Source: an uncultured bacterium
GTDB lineage: Bacteria; Auribacterota; UBA3054; JAPLST01
Length of the DNA: 64,000 nt
Direction: 5' to 3'
Assembly (NCBI GenBank): GCA_964397565.1
Contig: CAYNJC010000009.1
Location: forward strand, 10,182 to 74,181
The notes beneath the pieces were generated by a model. The model was not told the origin of the DNA. It did not search any database and saw only the letters and a program-made list of their open reading frames with translations. A program made the translations under genes and the position numbers. This document shows, in pieces, positions 55,819 to 64,000 of the stretch; within the stretch, counting starts at the first letter, position 1; each line of letters opens with the position of its first letter.

Positions 55819-58800
55819 ATGACCGAGACACCCCACTCGCTTGGATTTGCAGGCCGTCTGGCCAGCCTGTTTGTGGCATCGAAATTGACGCCGCTGCTGG
55901 TCATCGCCGCGGTGCTGCTCGGCGGCGCCGCCGTCATCCTGCTGCCACGCGAGGAGGAGCCCCAGATCAAGGTGCCGATGGTTGACGTCATGGTGGCCAT
56001 GCCCGGCGCGAGCGCGAAGGAAATTGAAGAGCGCGTCACGCGGCCAATGGAAAAACTGCTGTGGGAGATTCCCGGCGTCGAGTATATTTACTCCACGTCC
56101 AAGGAGGGGCAGAGCCTTGCCATTGTCCGCTTTCTGGTTGACCAGAACCTTGAAGACAGTCTGGTCAAGCTCAATCAGAAACTGCAGGGCAACTTCGACC
56201 GTATCCCGCATGGCGTGTCGTTTCCGCTGGTCAAATCGGTTACCATTGACGATGTGCCGATCTTGTGCGTGACGTTGCACGGCACGAACTACGACCACTT
56301 CACGTTGCGCCGCCTGGTTGCGCAGGTTGACGATGCGGTGAAGCAGGTGCCCCAGGTGGCGGAAACGAGCGTGATCGGCGGCGCGCGCCGGCAAGTCCGG
56401 GTGTTGCTGGACCCGGCCCGGCTCGCGTCGCGCGGGCTGAGCCCGGTCGGGCTCGCGCCGATGCTGCAGCAAGCCAATCGCCAATATGTGTCGGGCAATT
56501 TGATTGCGAACAACCGTGACATCGTGGTTGAGACCGGCGCGTTTCTCAAGGATGCGGCGGACGTCGGTAATGTCGTCGTGGGCGTGTTTGACGGCAAGCC
56601 GGTGTACTTGCGTGACGTGGCCACTATCGTTGATGGCCCAGAGGAGCCGACGCAGTACGTCTTTTACGGCGCCGGCGCGGCGCGGGGCGGGCGCGGGGAC
56701 ATCGCGCCGGCCGTGACGCTCAGTATCGCCAAACGACCGGGCGCCAACGCCGTCACGGTTGCCGACCAGGTGTTGCGCAAGATTGACGGGCTGCGCGGCG
56801 TGATTATTCCCGACGATGTGACCATCTCGATCACGCGCAATTATGGCGAGACCGCGGCGGAGAAGTCCAACGAACTGTTGCTGCACATGGCTATCGCCGT
56901 GTTGGGTGTCACGCTGCTGGTTATGCTGGTGCTGGGTTGGCGCGAATCGCTGGTGGTCGCGCTGGCGATTCCGTGCACGCTGGCACTGACGCTGGTGGTG
57001 TTTTATCTGTGTGGCTATACGCTCAACCGCATTACGTTATTTGCGCTGATTTTTTCGATTGGCATTCTGGTGGACGATGCCATTGTGGTGATTGAGAACA
57101 TCGTGCGCCATATACATTTGCCGGAGAACGCAGGACGGTCATTGCTCCACGTTGCCGTGGCCGCGGTCAGTGAAGTCGGCAATCCCACGGTGCTGGCCAC
57201 CTGGGCCGTGATCGCCGCCATACTGCCGATGGCCACGGTGGGCGGATTGATGGGTCCGTATATGCGGCCGATTCCGGTGGGCGCCAGTGCGGCCATGGTT
57301 TTTTCGTTGCTGGTCGCGTTCATCGTCACGCCGTGGGCGGCCGTGCGCCTGCTGCGCGGCCACCCACCGGCGGCCGCACCGCACCAGAATGCCGCTGCGC
57401 CGCTGGCGCACGAGGAAGATCGCTTCACGCGGCTGTATCGCGCCGTCATGCGGCCGTTGATCACGCATCGCGGCTGGTGCAGCTTGTTTCTCGCCAGCGT
57501 CACGACCCTGCTGGTGCTGGCGTTGGCGTTGGTGGGCGTGGGCTGGGTGAAAGTCAAGATGCTGCCGTTCGACAACAAAAGTGAATTTCAGATCATCCTG
57601 AACCTGCCGGAAGGCAGTCCGCTTGAACGCACCGTGCAAGCAAGCCGCGAGATCGCCGCAGCTATTGCGGCGGAGCCGGAGGTGCGCGACTACCAAATCT
57701 ACGCCGGTGTGGCGTCGCCGTTCAATTTCAACGGCTTGGTGCGGCATTATTTTCTGCGGCGCGGCAACAACCTGGCGGACATTCAAGTGAATCTGACACC
57801 CAAAGGCGCGCGGGCCGCGCAGAGCCATGCGATTGCCAAGCGCGTGCGGCCGCGCGTCACCCAGATCGCCGACGCATACGGCGCGCGCGTGGCGGTGGCC
57901 GAAGTGCCGCCCGGGCCGCCCGTGCTGCAGACGCTGGTGGCCGAAATATACGGACCGAGCGATGCTGCACGGCTGAAGCTGGCCATGGCCGTGCGCGATA
58001 TTTTCACACAGACGCCCGGCGTCGTCGACGTGGATTGGTATGTGGAAGCGCCGCAATCCAAGGCCCGCTTTGTGATTGACAAGGAAAAGGCGGCTCTGCA
58101 CGGGATCAGCGCCGAAACCATTTCGCGCACCCTGCACATGGCGATTGCGGGCGAATCCCTGGATCTCATCCACCAGCCGCGCGAGAAGGAGGACGTTGAT
58201 ATTGTGTTGCAACTGCCGCGCGCCGCGCGCACCACGCCCGAGGACATGCTGGCGCTGCGGGTGCGCTCCGGCGACGCCAATGCGTTGCCGGAACCGGGCG
58301 CGGGCGGCACGGTGCCGCTGGTGCCGCTGCGCGAACTGGTGCGCATCGAGGACGCCGTCATCGACACCAGCGTGTACCACAAGAATCTGATGCCGGTCAC
58401 CTACGTCATCGGTGATGTTGCCGGCGCCATTGAAAGCCCGGTCTACGCAATTCTGAAAATGAACGCAGCCCTGAAGAAACTTGATTTGCGCGCGTTTGGC
58501 AATGCGCGCGCGCAGCTGGGCATCTATAACGCGACCCTGCCGGCCAGTGATCTGCAACTGGCGCTGAAATGGGACGGTGAATGGCAGATCACGCTGGAAG
58601 TGTTTCGCGATCTCGGGCGCTCGTTCGTGGCCGCGCTTATCTTGATCTACCTGCTGATGGTGGGCTGGTTCAAATCCTTCGTCACGCCGCTGGTGATCAT
58701 GGCGGCAATCCCGTTCTCGTTGGTGGGCATTCTGCCGGCACACGGGCTGCTCGGCGCGTTCTTCACGGCCACCTCGATGATCGGCTTCATGGCCGGCGCG

Positions 58801-59085
58801 GGTATTGTTGTGCGCAATTCGATTATTCTGGTTGATTTCATCGAGCTGCGGATCGCGCAGGGCATGCCGCTGGCCGAGGCCGTGGTGGATGCGGGCGCCG
58901 TGCGCTTCCGGCCCATGCTCCTGACCGCGCTGGCCGTGGTGGTCGGTTCGACGGTGATTCTGTTCGATCCGATTTTTCAGGGCCTGGCGATCGCGCTGAT
59001 GGCCGGCGAAATCGCCTCGCTGCTGCTGAGCCGCATGGCCGTGCCAGTGCTGTACTATCTGGCGCGGCGGCGGACCGTCAACTGA
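55819..59085 (+). CDS. RND-family efflux permease (AcrB/CzcA superfamily)
   Basis: About 1090 aa with 12 TM helices and two large periplasmic loops. Start [12 protein letters not shown]. Confidence 0.9.
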   Translation: MTETPHSLGFAGRLASLFVASKLTPLLVIAAVLLGGAAVILLPREEEPQIKVPMVDVMVAMPGASAKEIEERVTRPMEKLLWEIPGVEYIYSTSKEGQSLAIVRFLVDQNLEDSLVKLNQKLQGNFDRIPHGVSFPLVKSVTIDDVPILCVTLHGTNYDHFTLRRLVAQVDDAVKQVPQVAETSVIGGARRQVRVLLDPARLASRGLSPVGLAPMLQQANRQYVSGNLIANNRDIVVETGAFLKDAADVGNVVVGVFDGKPVYLRDVATIVDGPEEPTQYVFYGAGAARGGRGDIAPAVTLSIAKRPGANAVTVADQVLRKIDGLRGVIIPDDVTISITRNYGETAAEKSNELLLHMAIAVLGVTLLVMLVLGWRESLVVALAIPCTLALTLVVFYLCGYTLNRITLFALIFSIGILVDDAIVVIENIVRHIHLPENAGRSLLHVAVAAVSEVGNPTVLATWAVIAAILPMATVGGLMGPYMRPIPVGASAAMVFSLLVAFIVTPWAAVRLLRGHPPAAAPHQNAAAPLAHEEDRFTRLYRAVMRPLITHRGWCSLFLASVTTLLVLALALVGVGWVKVKMLPFDNKSEFQIILNLPEGSPLERTVQASREIAAAIAAEPEVRDYQIYAGVASPFNFNGLVRHYFLRRGNNLADIQVNLTPKGARAAQSHAIAKRVRPRVTQIADAYGARVAVAEVPPGPPVLQTLVAEIYGPSDAARLKLAMAVRDIFTQTPGVVDVDWYVEAPQSKARFVIDKEKAALHGISAETISRTLHMAIAGESLDLIHQPREKEDVDIVLQLPRAARTTPEDMLALRVRSGDANALPEPGAGGTVPLVPLRELVRIEDAVIDTSVYHKNLMPVTYVIGDVAGAIESPVYAILKMNAALKKLDLRAFGNARAQLGIYNATLPASDLQLALKWDGEWQITLEVFRDLGRSFVAALILIYLLMVGWFKSFVTPLVIMAAIPFSLVGILPAHGLLGAFFTATSMIGFMAGAGIVVRNSIILVDFIELRIAQGMPLAEAVVDAGAVRFRPMLLTALAVVVGSTVILFDPIFQGLAIALMAGEIASLLLSRMAVPVLYYLARRRTVN

Positions 59086-59104
59086 GGTGCCGCTTCCGGA
59101 GCTG

Positions 59105-59118
59105 TGGTTCAGGGTTCA
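59105..59118. repeat. Two tandem heptamers (GGTTCAG)
   Basis: ggttcag ggttcag; 20 nt after the pump stop and directly upstream of the hairpin. Confidence 0.7.
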
Positions 59119-59124
59119 GGGCTG

Positions 59125-59150
59125 CTTGGAGTCCCGCCAACGGCGGGATT
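59125..59150 (+). repeat. Conserved hairpin GGAGTCCCGCC-AAC-GGCGGGATT
   Basis: ttggagtcccgccaacggcgggattc. Confidence 0.85.
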
Positions 59151-59382
59151 CAGGGCTGAAAGAGTGTGGGAGCGACCGCCGTGTCGCGATGCTGCCGCAG
59201 ATGCTACGACAGCAATGTTGTCCGCAGATGACGCAGATGGCGCCGATGTTGCAGAACAATCAAACATAGTCCGAAGAAGACCCGCATTAGGCACTGCTCA
59301 AGAAGCTCGCATGATGGCAATGGGCACTGCATGACCCCTTTCTGCCTATGCAACTCTGTGCTGCTGCGCGGCGGCGCCGCGC

Positions 59383-60159
59383 TCAGTTGGTGCGGTAGCT
59401 AAGCAGAACGTTCTTGCCTTGATGCATATCGCGCTGATCGTCGCGCACGAGGATGTCACCCATGGCGTAGTAGTGCCCCTGCCAGATGACGCGCGGTTTG
59501 CGCTGCAGCGGCGACATGACCGTTTGGCGCGCATCCACCCATTCGATGCGCGTGCCGGATTTGACGCTGGCCAAAGGGGTGAAGAAGCCCGGTGCGCCAA
59601 AACACAGGCGCGTTTCCGACGCGGGGCCGCCAATAATGCCGCGCACATCCAGCTGCACGCCGCGCAAGCACCCGCCGGCCAGTTCCTGATGCAAGGCGCC
59701 GAGTTGCACCCGGCGCAGGCTATGGGCGCGGACGCTGCGGACATCGACAAAATCCAATAGCAAATCCAAATCCTGATTGTAGGTGTAGACCAGATCGTTG
59801 GTCTGTTTCATCAAGGAGACGCTGGTGCCAAACCAGAGGTTGCTGACGATGCCGACGCGCTGCTTTGACGAACGCTTGAAGGAAAGCTTGTCGGCCGTGT
59901 TGACCAGCAAATTAATGTTGCGCAGGGTGGTAAACTGAATTTGGGTTGCTTTGGTTGCGCCGCGGAAGATCACCCAGCCGTTGGTGACGGTGACGGTGAC
60001 TTTGGCGCCGCGCTTGATGCGGCCCTCGCAGCGCCCGGGGAACCATTTGTGGATTTTTGTCAGGGCGTGCACGTCGGTGGCACCGACCAGGAGCAGCAAG
60101 CAGATGCCCGCGTGCAGTGCGCGTGCCCGAAAGAACATTTTGCCACGTGTCGTGTTCAA
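59383..60159 (-). CDS. Secreted hypothetical protein
   Basis: 258-aa ORF with a signal-like N-terminus. 8 nt downstream of the manA stop. No motif recognised. Confidence 0.5.
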   Translation of the reverse strand: MNTTRGKMFFRARALHAGICLLLLVGATDVHALTKIHKWFPGRCEGRIKRGAKVTVTVTNGWVIFRGATKATQIQFTTLRNINLLVNTADKLSFKRSSKQRVGIVSNLWFGTSVSLMKQTNDLVYTYNQDLDLLLDFVDVRSVRAHSLRRVQLGALHQELAGGCLRGVQLDVRGIIGGPASETRLCFGAPGFFTPLASVKSGTRIEWVDARQTVMSPLQRKPRVIWQGHYYAMGDILVRDDQRDMHQGKNVLLSYRTN

Positions 60160-60167
60160 GGACGGTG

Positions 60168-61190
60168 TCAGGCCAAGGGCATCGGGTGGCGGCCCTTTTT
60201 CAGCAGCATTTTGCCGGGGATGATGTCAAGCGTGACGCAATGGGTTGCCGGCACCAGGCTAAAATCGGTGACCGCGGCCGGAATCAGAATCGTCGTGCCG
60301 GGGTGATACTCGATGTCCTCGAAGATGCCTTCGGGCGAGATAATGGTGCCGTGGCCTTCGATGTTGCAGAGGATGCGGAAGCGGTCAATCGAGTATTCGT
60401 GAATCGGTTCGCGATAGACGTATTGGTACAAGGAAAAATGGTCACAGAGCACCAGGCGGTAATGCAGCGGCTCGACCTTGGTGGGTTTGATTTTGGGCGC
60501 GCCGATGTCCTTGAAGCTCATCACTTGCAGGGCCTTGTCAATCTGCAATTCGCGTTTGTGACCGTGGTGGTCGGAGCGGTCATAATCATAGACGCGATAG
60601 GTGACATTGGAATTCTGCTGAATCTCGGCCAGCATCAAGCCGCCGCCGATGCCGTGCAAGGTGCCGGCCGGTATGAAAATGGTCTCGCCCTTGCTCACGT
60701 CGAAGGTGTCGACCAACTGTTCGAGGCGCTTCTGTTGAATGGCGCGCAGGACTTTATCGGGGGTGGCGCCGGCGCGGAAGCCGCGCGTGATTCTGGCGCC
60801 GGGCGAGGCCTCCATGACGAACCAGGCCTCGGTCTTGCCGAGGTCGTTCTCGTGGCGCAAGGCGTAACGATTGTCGGGATGCACCTGCAGCGAGAGATTT
60901 TCTTCGGCGTCAATGAATTTTAGCAGGAGCGGAAAGCGCGTGCGGCATTCGTCGGCCATTTCGCCGAAGAGTTCGCGCGGGTACGCCTGGCGCAACTCGG
61001 AGAGTGGCATACCGGCCAAGTCGCCATCGGCCACGACGGAGACATCGCCCGGCCGGTCCGTAATTTCCCACGACTCGCCCAGATGGGTACTGGCCGGGAC
61101 CTCGCGGTTGAGGAGCGTGGCAAAGCGCCCACCGCCCCACAGTTTTGGCTTGTAGATCGGTTTGAACATGAGCGGATAAAGGGCAACCAT
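60168..61190 (-). CDS. manA: Class I mannose-6-phosphate isomerase
   Basis: YPLMFKPIYKPKLWGG, LSLQVHPD and AGTLHGIG cupin motifs. Confidence 0.8.
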   Translation of the reverse strand: MVALYPLMFKPIYKPKLWGGGRFATLLNREVPASTHLGESWEITDRPGDVSVVADGDLAGMPLSELRQAYPRELFGEMADECRTRFPLLLKFIDAEENLSLQVHPDNRYALRHENDLGKTEAWFVMEASPGARITRGFRAGATPDKVLRAIQQKRLEQLVDTFDVSKGETIFIPAGTLHGIGGGLMLAEIQQNSNVTYRVYDYDRSDHHGHKRELQIDKALQVMSFKDIGAPKIKPTKVEPLHYRLVLCDHFSLYQYVYREPIHEYSIDRFRILCNIEGHGTIISPEGIFEDIEYHPGTTILIPAAVTDFSLVPATHCVTLDIIPGKMLLKKGRHPMPLA

Positions 61191-61232
61191 TTGACAAAAA
61201 CTCCCGCAGTTGTTACAATATGCATGCCGCGT

Positions 61233-61308
61233 GGGGAATTAGCTCAGTTGGGAGAGCGTCTGGCTGGCAGCCAGAAGGCCACCGGTTCGAACCCGGTATT
61301 CTCCACCA
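61233..61308 (+). tRNA. tRNA-Ala (anticodon GGC)
   Basis: GGGGAAT/ATTCTCC acceptor with G3:U70, anticodon loop CTGGCAG, T-arm ACCGG-TTCGAAC-CCGGT, encoded CCA. Confidence 0.9.
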
Positions 61309-61457
61309 TTCTTGCCTGCGCGTAGCAGCGCGCCCCGCGCAGCAACAAGAAGCTAAAAACCGACGCCGGTGCGGCTTGTGCCCCGCCGCTGACAACGTCA
61401 ACCACAGTGCGTGCGCGCGGCACAGTGTATCATTTTTTCCCGTAAAATGCAATCTGC

Positions 61458-61486
61458 GTGACATTTATGAGCCGAGTTGTTATACT
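61458..61486 (+). promoter_or_regulatory. Candidate glgC promoter
   Basis: GTGACA, 17-nt spacer, TATACT. GGAGAGGAG Shine-Dalgarno sequence directly before the ATG at 61571. Confidence 0.4.
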
Positions 61487-61570
61487 AGATGCAACCAACG
61501 CGTGGCGCGCATGACAGCCTGTCCTGCGGTGCGCATGCGGCGCACACAACCGTTGCTGTAGGGAGAGGAG

Positions 61571-62857
61571 ATGGCTGAGAACTTGCTGGCAATGATCATG
61601 GCGGGCGGTGAAGGCACGCGCCTGTATCCGTTGACGCGCGACCGCGCCAAGCCGTCCGTACCGTTCGGCGGCAAGTACCGGATCGTTGATTTTGTGCTCA
61701 GCAACATGGTTAATTCCGGTTTTGTCCAGATTTTTGTGTTGACCCAGTTCAAGTCGCAGAGTCTGACCGAACACTTGATGCACACCTGGTCGTTCAGCAG
61801 CATTTTGCAGCGCCAGTTCATTTTCCCGTTGCCGGCCCAGATGCGGGTCGGCAAGGCCTGGTACGGCGGGACGGCCGACGCGATCTTCCAGAACATCCAT
61901 TTATTCGAGGACTACCGGCCGGATGATGTGCTGGTCTTCGGCGCCGATCATATTTACAAGATGGATGTGCGCCAGATGCTGGATTATCATCGCGAGCGGA
62001 ACGCTTTTGCCACGGTGGCGACGCTGCCGATCCCGATTGCCAGCGCCGGCGAGTATGGCATCATTCAGATTGACGACCAGTGGCGCATCATCGGCTTTGA
62101 AGAGAAACCCAAACAACCGACGCCGATCCCCGGCAATGAGCACTATGCCTTGGCCTCGATGGGCAATTACATTTTCACGCGCGAATGCCTGGAAGCGGAG
62201 CTCAAGCGCGACGCGCGCGATGAATGCTCGTCGCATGATTTCGGGCGCGACATTCTGCCGGCGCTGGTGGACACGCGGCGCCTGTTCGCCTACAATTTTC
62301 ACACCAACATGGTGCCGGGACTGCGCACCGAGTTCAACACCTACTGGCGCGATGTCGGCACGATTCCGGCCTATTTCGAGGCCAACATGGATTTGCGGCG
62401 AGTCCAACCAGACTTGAATTTGTACGCGACCAAATGGCCGATCCGCGGGCGCGAGCTGTTCCTGCCGCCGGCCAAGTTTGTGCATAACGAGCCGGTCGGC
62501 GCCTGCGGCTTGCCGCGCGTCGGGCATGCGATCAATGCATTTATCAGCGAGGGCTGCATTGTCAGCGGCGCGGTCGTGGACAGCTCGGTGCTGGGGCCGT
62601 CGGTGCGCGTACACAGCTATGCGACGGTCTCGAACTGCATCCTGCTTGAAGATGTGGATGTGGGCGAGCGCGCACGCCTGCGCAATGTGATTATCGACAA
62701 GCATGTGCGGATTGAGGCCGGCGATGTCGTCGGCTATGATCGCGCCGCCGATGAGCAACGCGGCTATACCGTTGTGCCCTATGGCGACAGTTGGATCACG
62801 GTTATTTCCAAAGTGCAGCGCTACCGTTTCGCCACCGATGATGGCGAGGTCGAGTGA
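61571..62857 (+). CDS. glgC: Glucose-1-phosphate adenylyltransferase
   Basis: [11 protein letters not shown] and FQEKP-like EKPK motifs, left-handed beta-helix C-terminus, 428 aa. Confidence 0.9.
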   Translation: MAENLLAMIMAGGEGTRLYPLTRDRAKPSVPFGGKYRIVDFVLSNMVNSGFVQIFVLTQFKSQSLTEHLMHTWSFSSILQRQFIFPLPAQMRVGKAWYGGTADAIFQNIHLFEDYRPDDVLVFGADHIYKMDVRQMLDYHRERNAFATVATLPIPIASAGEYGIIQIDDQWRIIGFEEKPKQPTPIPGNEHYALASMGNYIFTRECLEAELKRDARDECSSHDFGRDILPALVDTRRLFAYNFHTNMVPGLRTEFNTYWRDVGTIPAYFEANMDLRRVQPDLNLYATKWPIRGRELFLPPAKFVHNEPVGACGLPRVGHAINAFISEGCIVSGAVVDSSVLGPSVRVHSYATVSNCILLEDVDVGERARLRNVIIDKHVRIEAGDVVGYDRAADEQRGYTVVPYGDSWITVISKVQRYRFATDDGEVE

Positions 62858-62885
62858 GCAGCGGCAACAACCAACGAGGTGCTAC

Positions 62886-63737
62886 ATGAAACGCCCCCGG
62901 ATTGAGATTTCATGGAAAACCATGAGCATGCGGACCTTGCGTACGCTGGCAGCCTTGCTTGGCGTACCAGGCCGCAGCGCGATGTCCAAACAGCAACTGA
63001 TCGGATCGTTGCGCAAGCAGATGCGCTCCAGCAAGCAGGCCGAGACCGCCGTCGCCGCCGCGATCAAACAAATTGGGGTGGCCCACGCGCCGGCCTCGAC
63101 CAGCAAGCCGGCCGCGCCGCCACCGCCGCCGCCGCCGCCCGCGCCAGTCGCACCCGCCGTGCCGTACATTGATCACGGCCGCCCGATCCCGGATGCCTAT
63201 GGCGCCGACATACTGCGGCTCATGCCGCGCGACCCCGAGTGGCTCTTTGTCTATTGGGAACTGACCCCGCAGCGCCTGCGCCAATTGCGCTCGCGCTTCA
63301 TCGCGCTGCACCAGAAGGCCTGGCATATTCGCCTGCAAGACACTGCCACGGAAGACATGCACGCGACCCCCGTGTTCCTGGAGGCTTGTAATTGGTATTT
63401 GCACGTCAAGCCGCGCGGCACGTATCGGGCCGAGCTGGGCTTCATGGACGGCGATCTGTTTGTCGCCGTGCTGACCTCCAACACGGTCAAGACGCCCGGC
63501 AATGCGATCTCGGAACGCGTGGACGAGCGCTGGATGGTGCTCAAGCGGGATCTCTTGCGCATGCTGCACTTGGGCCAGGAAGCGGATTTGTTCGGGTCGG
63601 AGCGGCCGACCGCCTCGGCCGAACGCTTCAAGGAAGTGACCCGCGAGCAGATCGAGATCCTTGAGAAACTGGCCGAAGAGGCCCGCACGCTGGGTGCCAG
63701 CGGCGGGGCTGGTTCAAGCTCAGGCGCACGCCGTTAA
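62886..63737 (+). CDS. DUF4912-family protein with an N-terminal Rho_N/SAP-like motif
   Basis: Start MKRPRIEISW. LRTLAALLGVPGRSAMSKQQLIGSL (Rho_N-like). Pro-rich linker. DPEWLFVYWELTP is typical of DUF4912 proteins in glycogen clusters. Confidence 0.65.
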   Translation: MKRPRIEISWKTMSMRTLRTLAALLGVPGRSAMSKQQLIGSLRKQMRSSKQAETAVAAAIKQIGVAHAPASTSKPAAPPPPPPPPAPVAPAVPYIDHGRPIPDAYGADILRLMPRDPEWLFVYWELTPQRLRQLRSRFIALHQKAWHIRLQDTATEDMHATPVFLEACNWYLHVKPRGTYRAELGFMDGDLFVAVLTSNTVKTPGNAISERVDERWMVLKRDLLRMLHLGQEADLFGSERPTASAERFKEVTREQIEILEKLAEEARTLGASGGAGSSSGARR

Positions 63738-63743
63738 GCCGCC

Positions 63744-64000
63744 GTGAACGATCCGCGCGGCTATCTGATGCTGGTGCTGCATGCGCACCTGCCGTTCGTG
63801 CGTCATCCCGAGCACGAGGAATTCCTCGAGGAAGACTGGCTGTACGAGGCCATGCTCGAAACGTACCTGCCCTTGCTGCATGCCTTCGGGGAGCTCGAAC
63901 GCGATGGCGTGTCGTTTGCCATCACCATGACGCTGACGCCGCCGCTGTGTGAGATGTTGACGGATCGCCTGCTGGTGGGGCGCTTCGACCGGTATCTGCG
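63744..64000 (+). CDS. GH57-family alpha-glucan branching enzyme-like protein, 3'-truncated by the window edge
   Basis: GYLMLVLHAHLPFVRHPE...EDWLYEAMLETYLPLL is the typical GH57 N-terminus. GTG start assumed. Confidence 0.7.
   Translation, partial: MNDPRGYLMLVLHAHLPFVRHPEHEEFLEEDWLYEAMLETYLPLLHAFGELERDGVSFAITMTLTPPLCEMLTDRLLVGRFDRYL

Overview
High-GC bacterial chromosome segment. Hand counts of single 60-nt lines give about 65-73% GC in the core. The envelope genes (Pal, MurJ, RND efflux, PEP-CTERM) indicate a Gram-negative organism; the mix of secreted repeat proteins and glycoside hydrolases has a PVC-like flavour, but that is only a guess. Most of the window is tightly packed housekeeping, envelope and carbohydrate genes: purB, murJ, rho, tgt, smpB, pgi, manA, glgC, pal, tsaC, RND efflux, GH36/GH20/GH130/GH57, a sulfur-transfer cluster and a two-subunit molybdo-oxidoreductase. 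Many genes are coupled by 4-nt ATGA overlaps. There are two tRNAs, Leu-CAA and Ala-GGC. No rRNA, CRISPR array, integrase or transposase was seen. Four things deserve a second look. (1) The first ~7 kb is visibly AT-richer and has two long non-coding gaps. It carries a >1000-aa helical-repeat protein cut by the window edge, a small protein with an Rx4H HEPN-type motif, a multi-TM ankyrin-repeat protein and a BrnT/BrnA toxin-antitoxin pair. This is a candidate uncharacterised conflict or defence island, and the HEPN/ankyrin module is bracketed by two copies of a partly conserved ~0.5-kb intergenic element. (2) An AT-rich GxxExxY (PD-(D/E)XK-like) gene flanked by 16-nt inverted repeats splits the 2Fe-2S and molybdopterin subunit genes. 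(3) Intergenic DNA is built from a small set of dispersed elements: heptamer tandem arrays coupled to a conserved GGAGTCCCGCC..GGCGGGATT hairpin, a ~55-nt double-hairpin REP-like repeat, and a 25-nt palindrome ACAAACGACA-N5-TGTCGTTTGT. (4) Some gene arrangements are unusual: the DNA-repair-type radical SAM gene is coupled to a DegT aminotransferase, rho lacks its N-terminal helix bundle, and a split YeeE transporter is fused to three rhodanese domains. All calls come from reading the sequence and the ORF track by eye; no searches were run.
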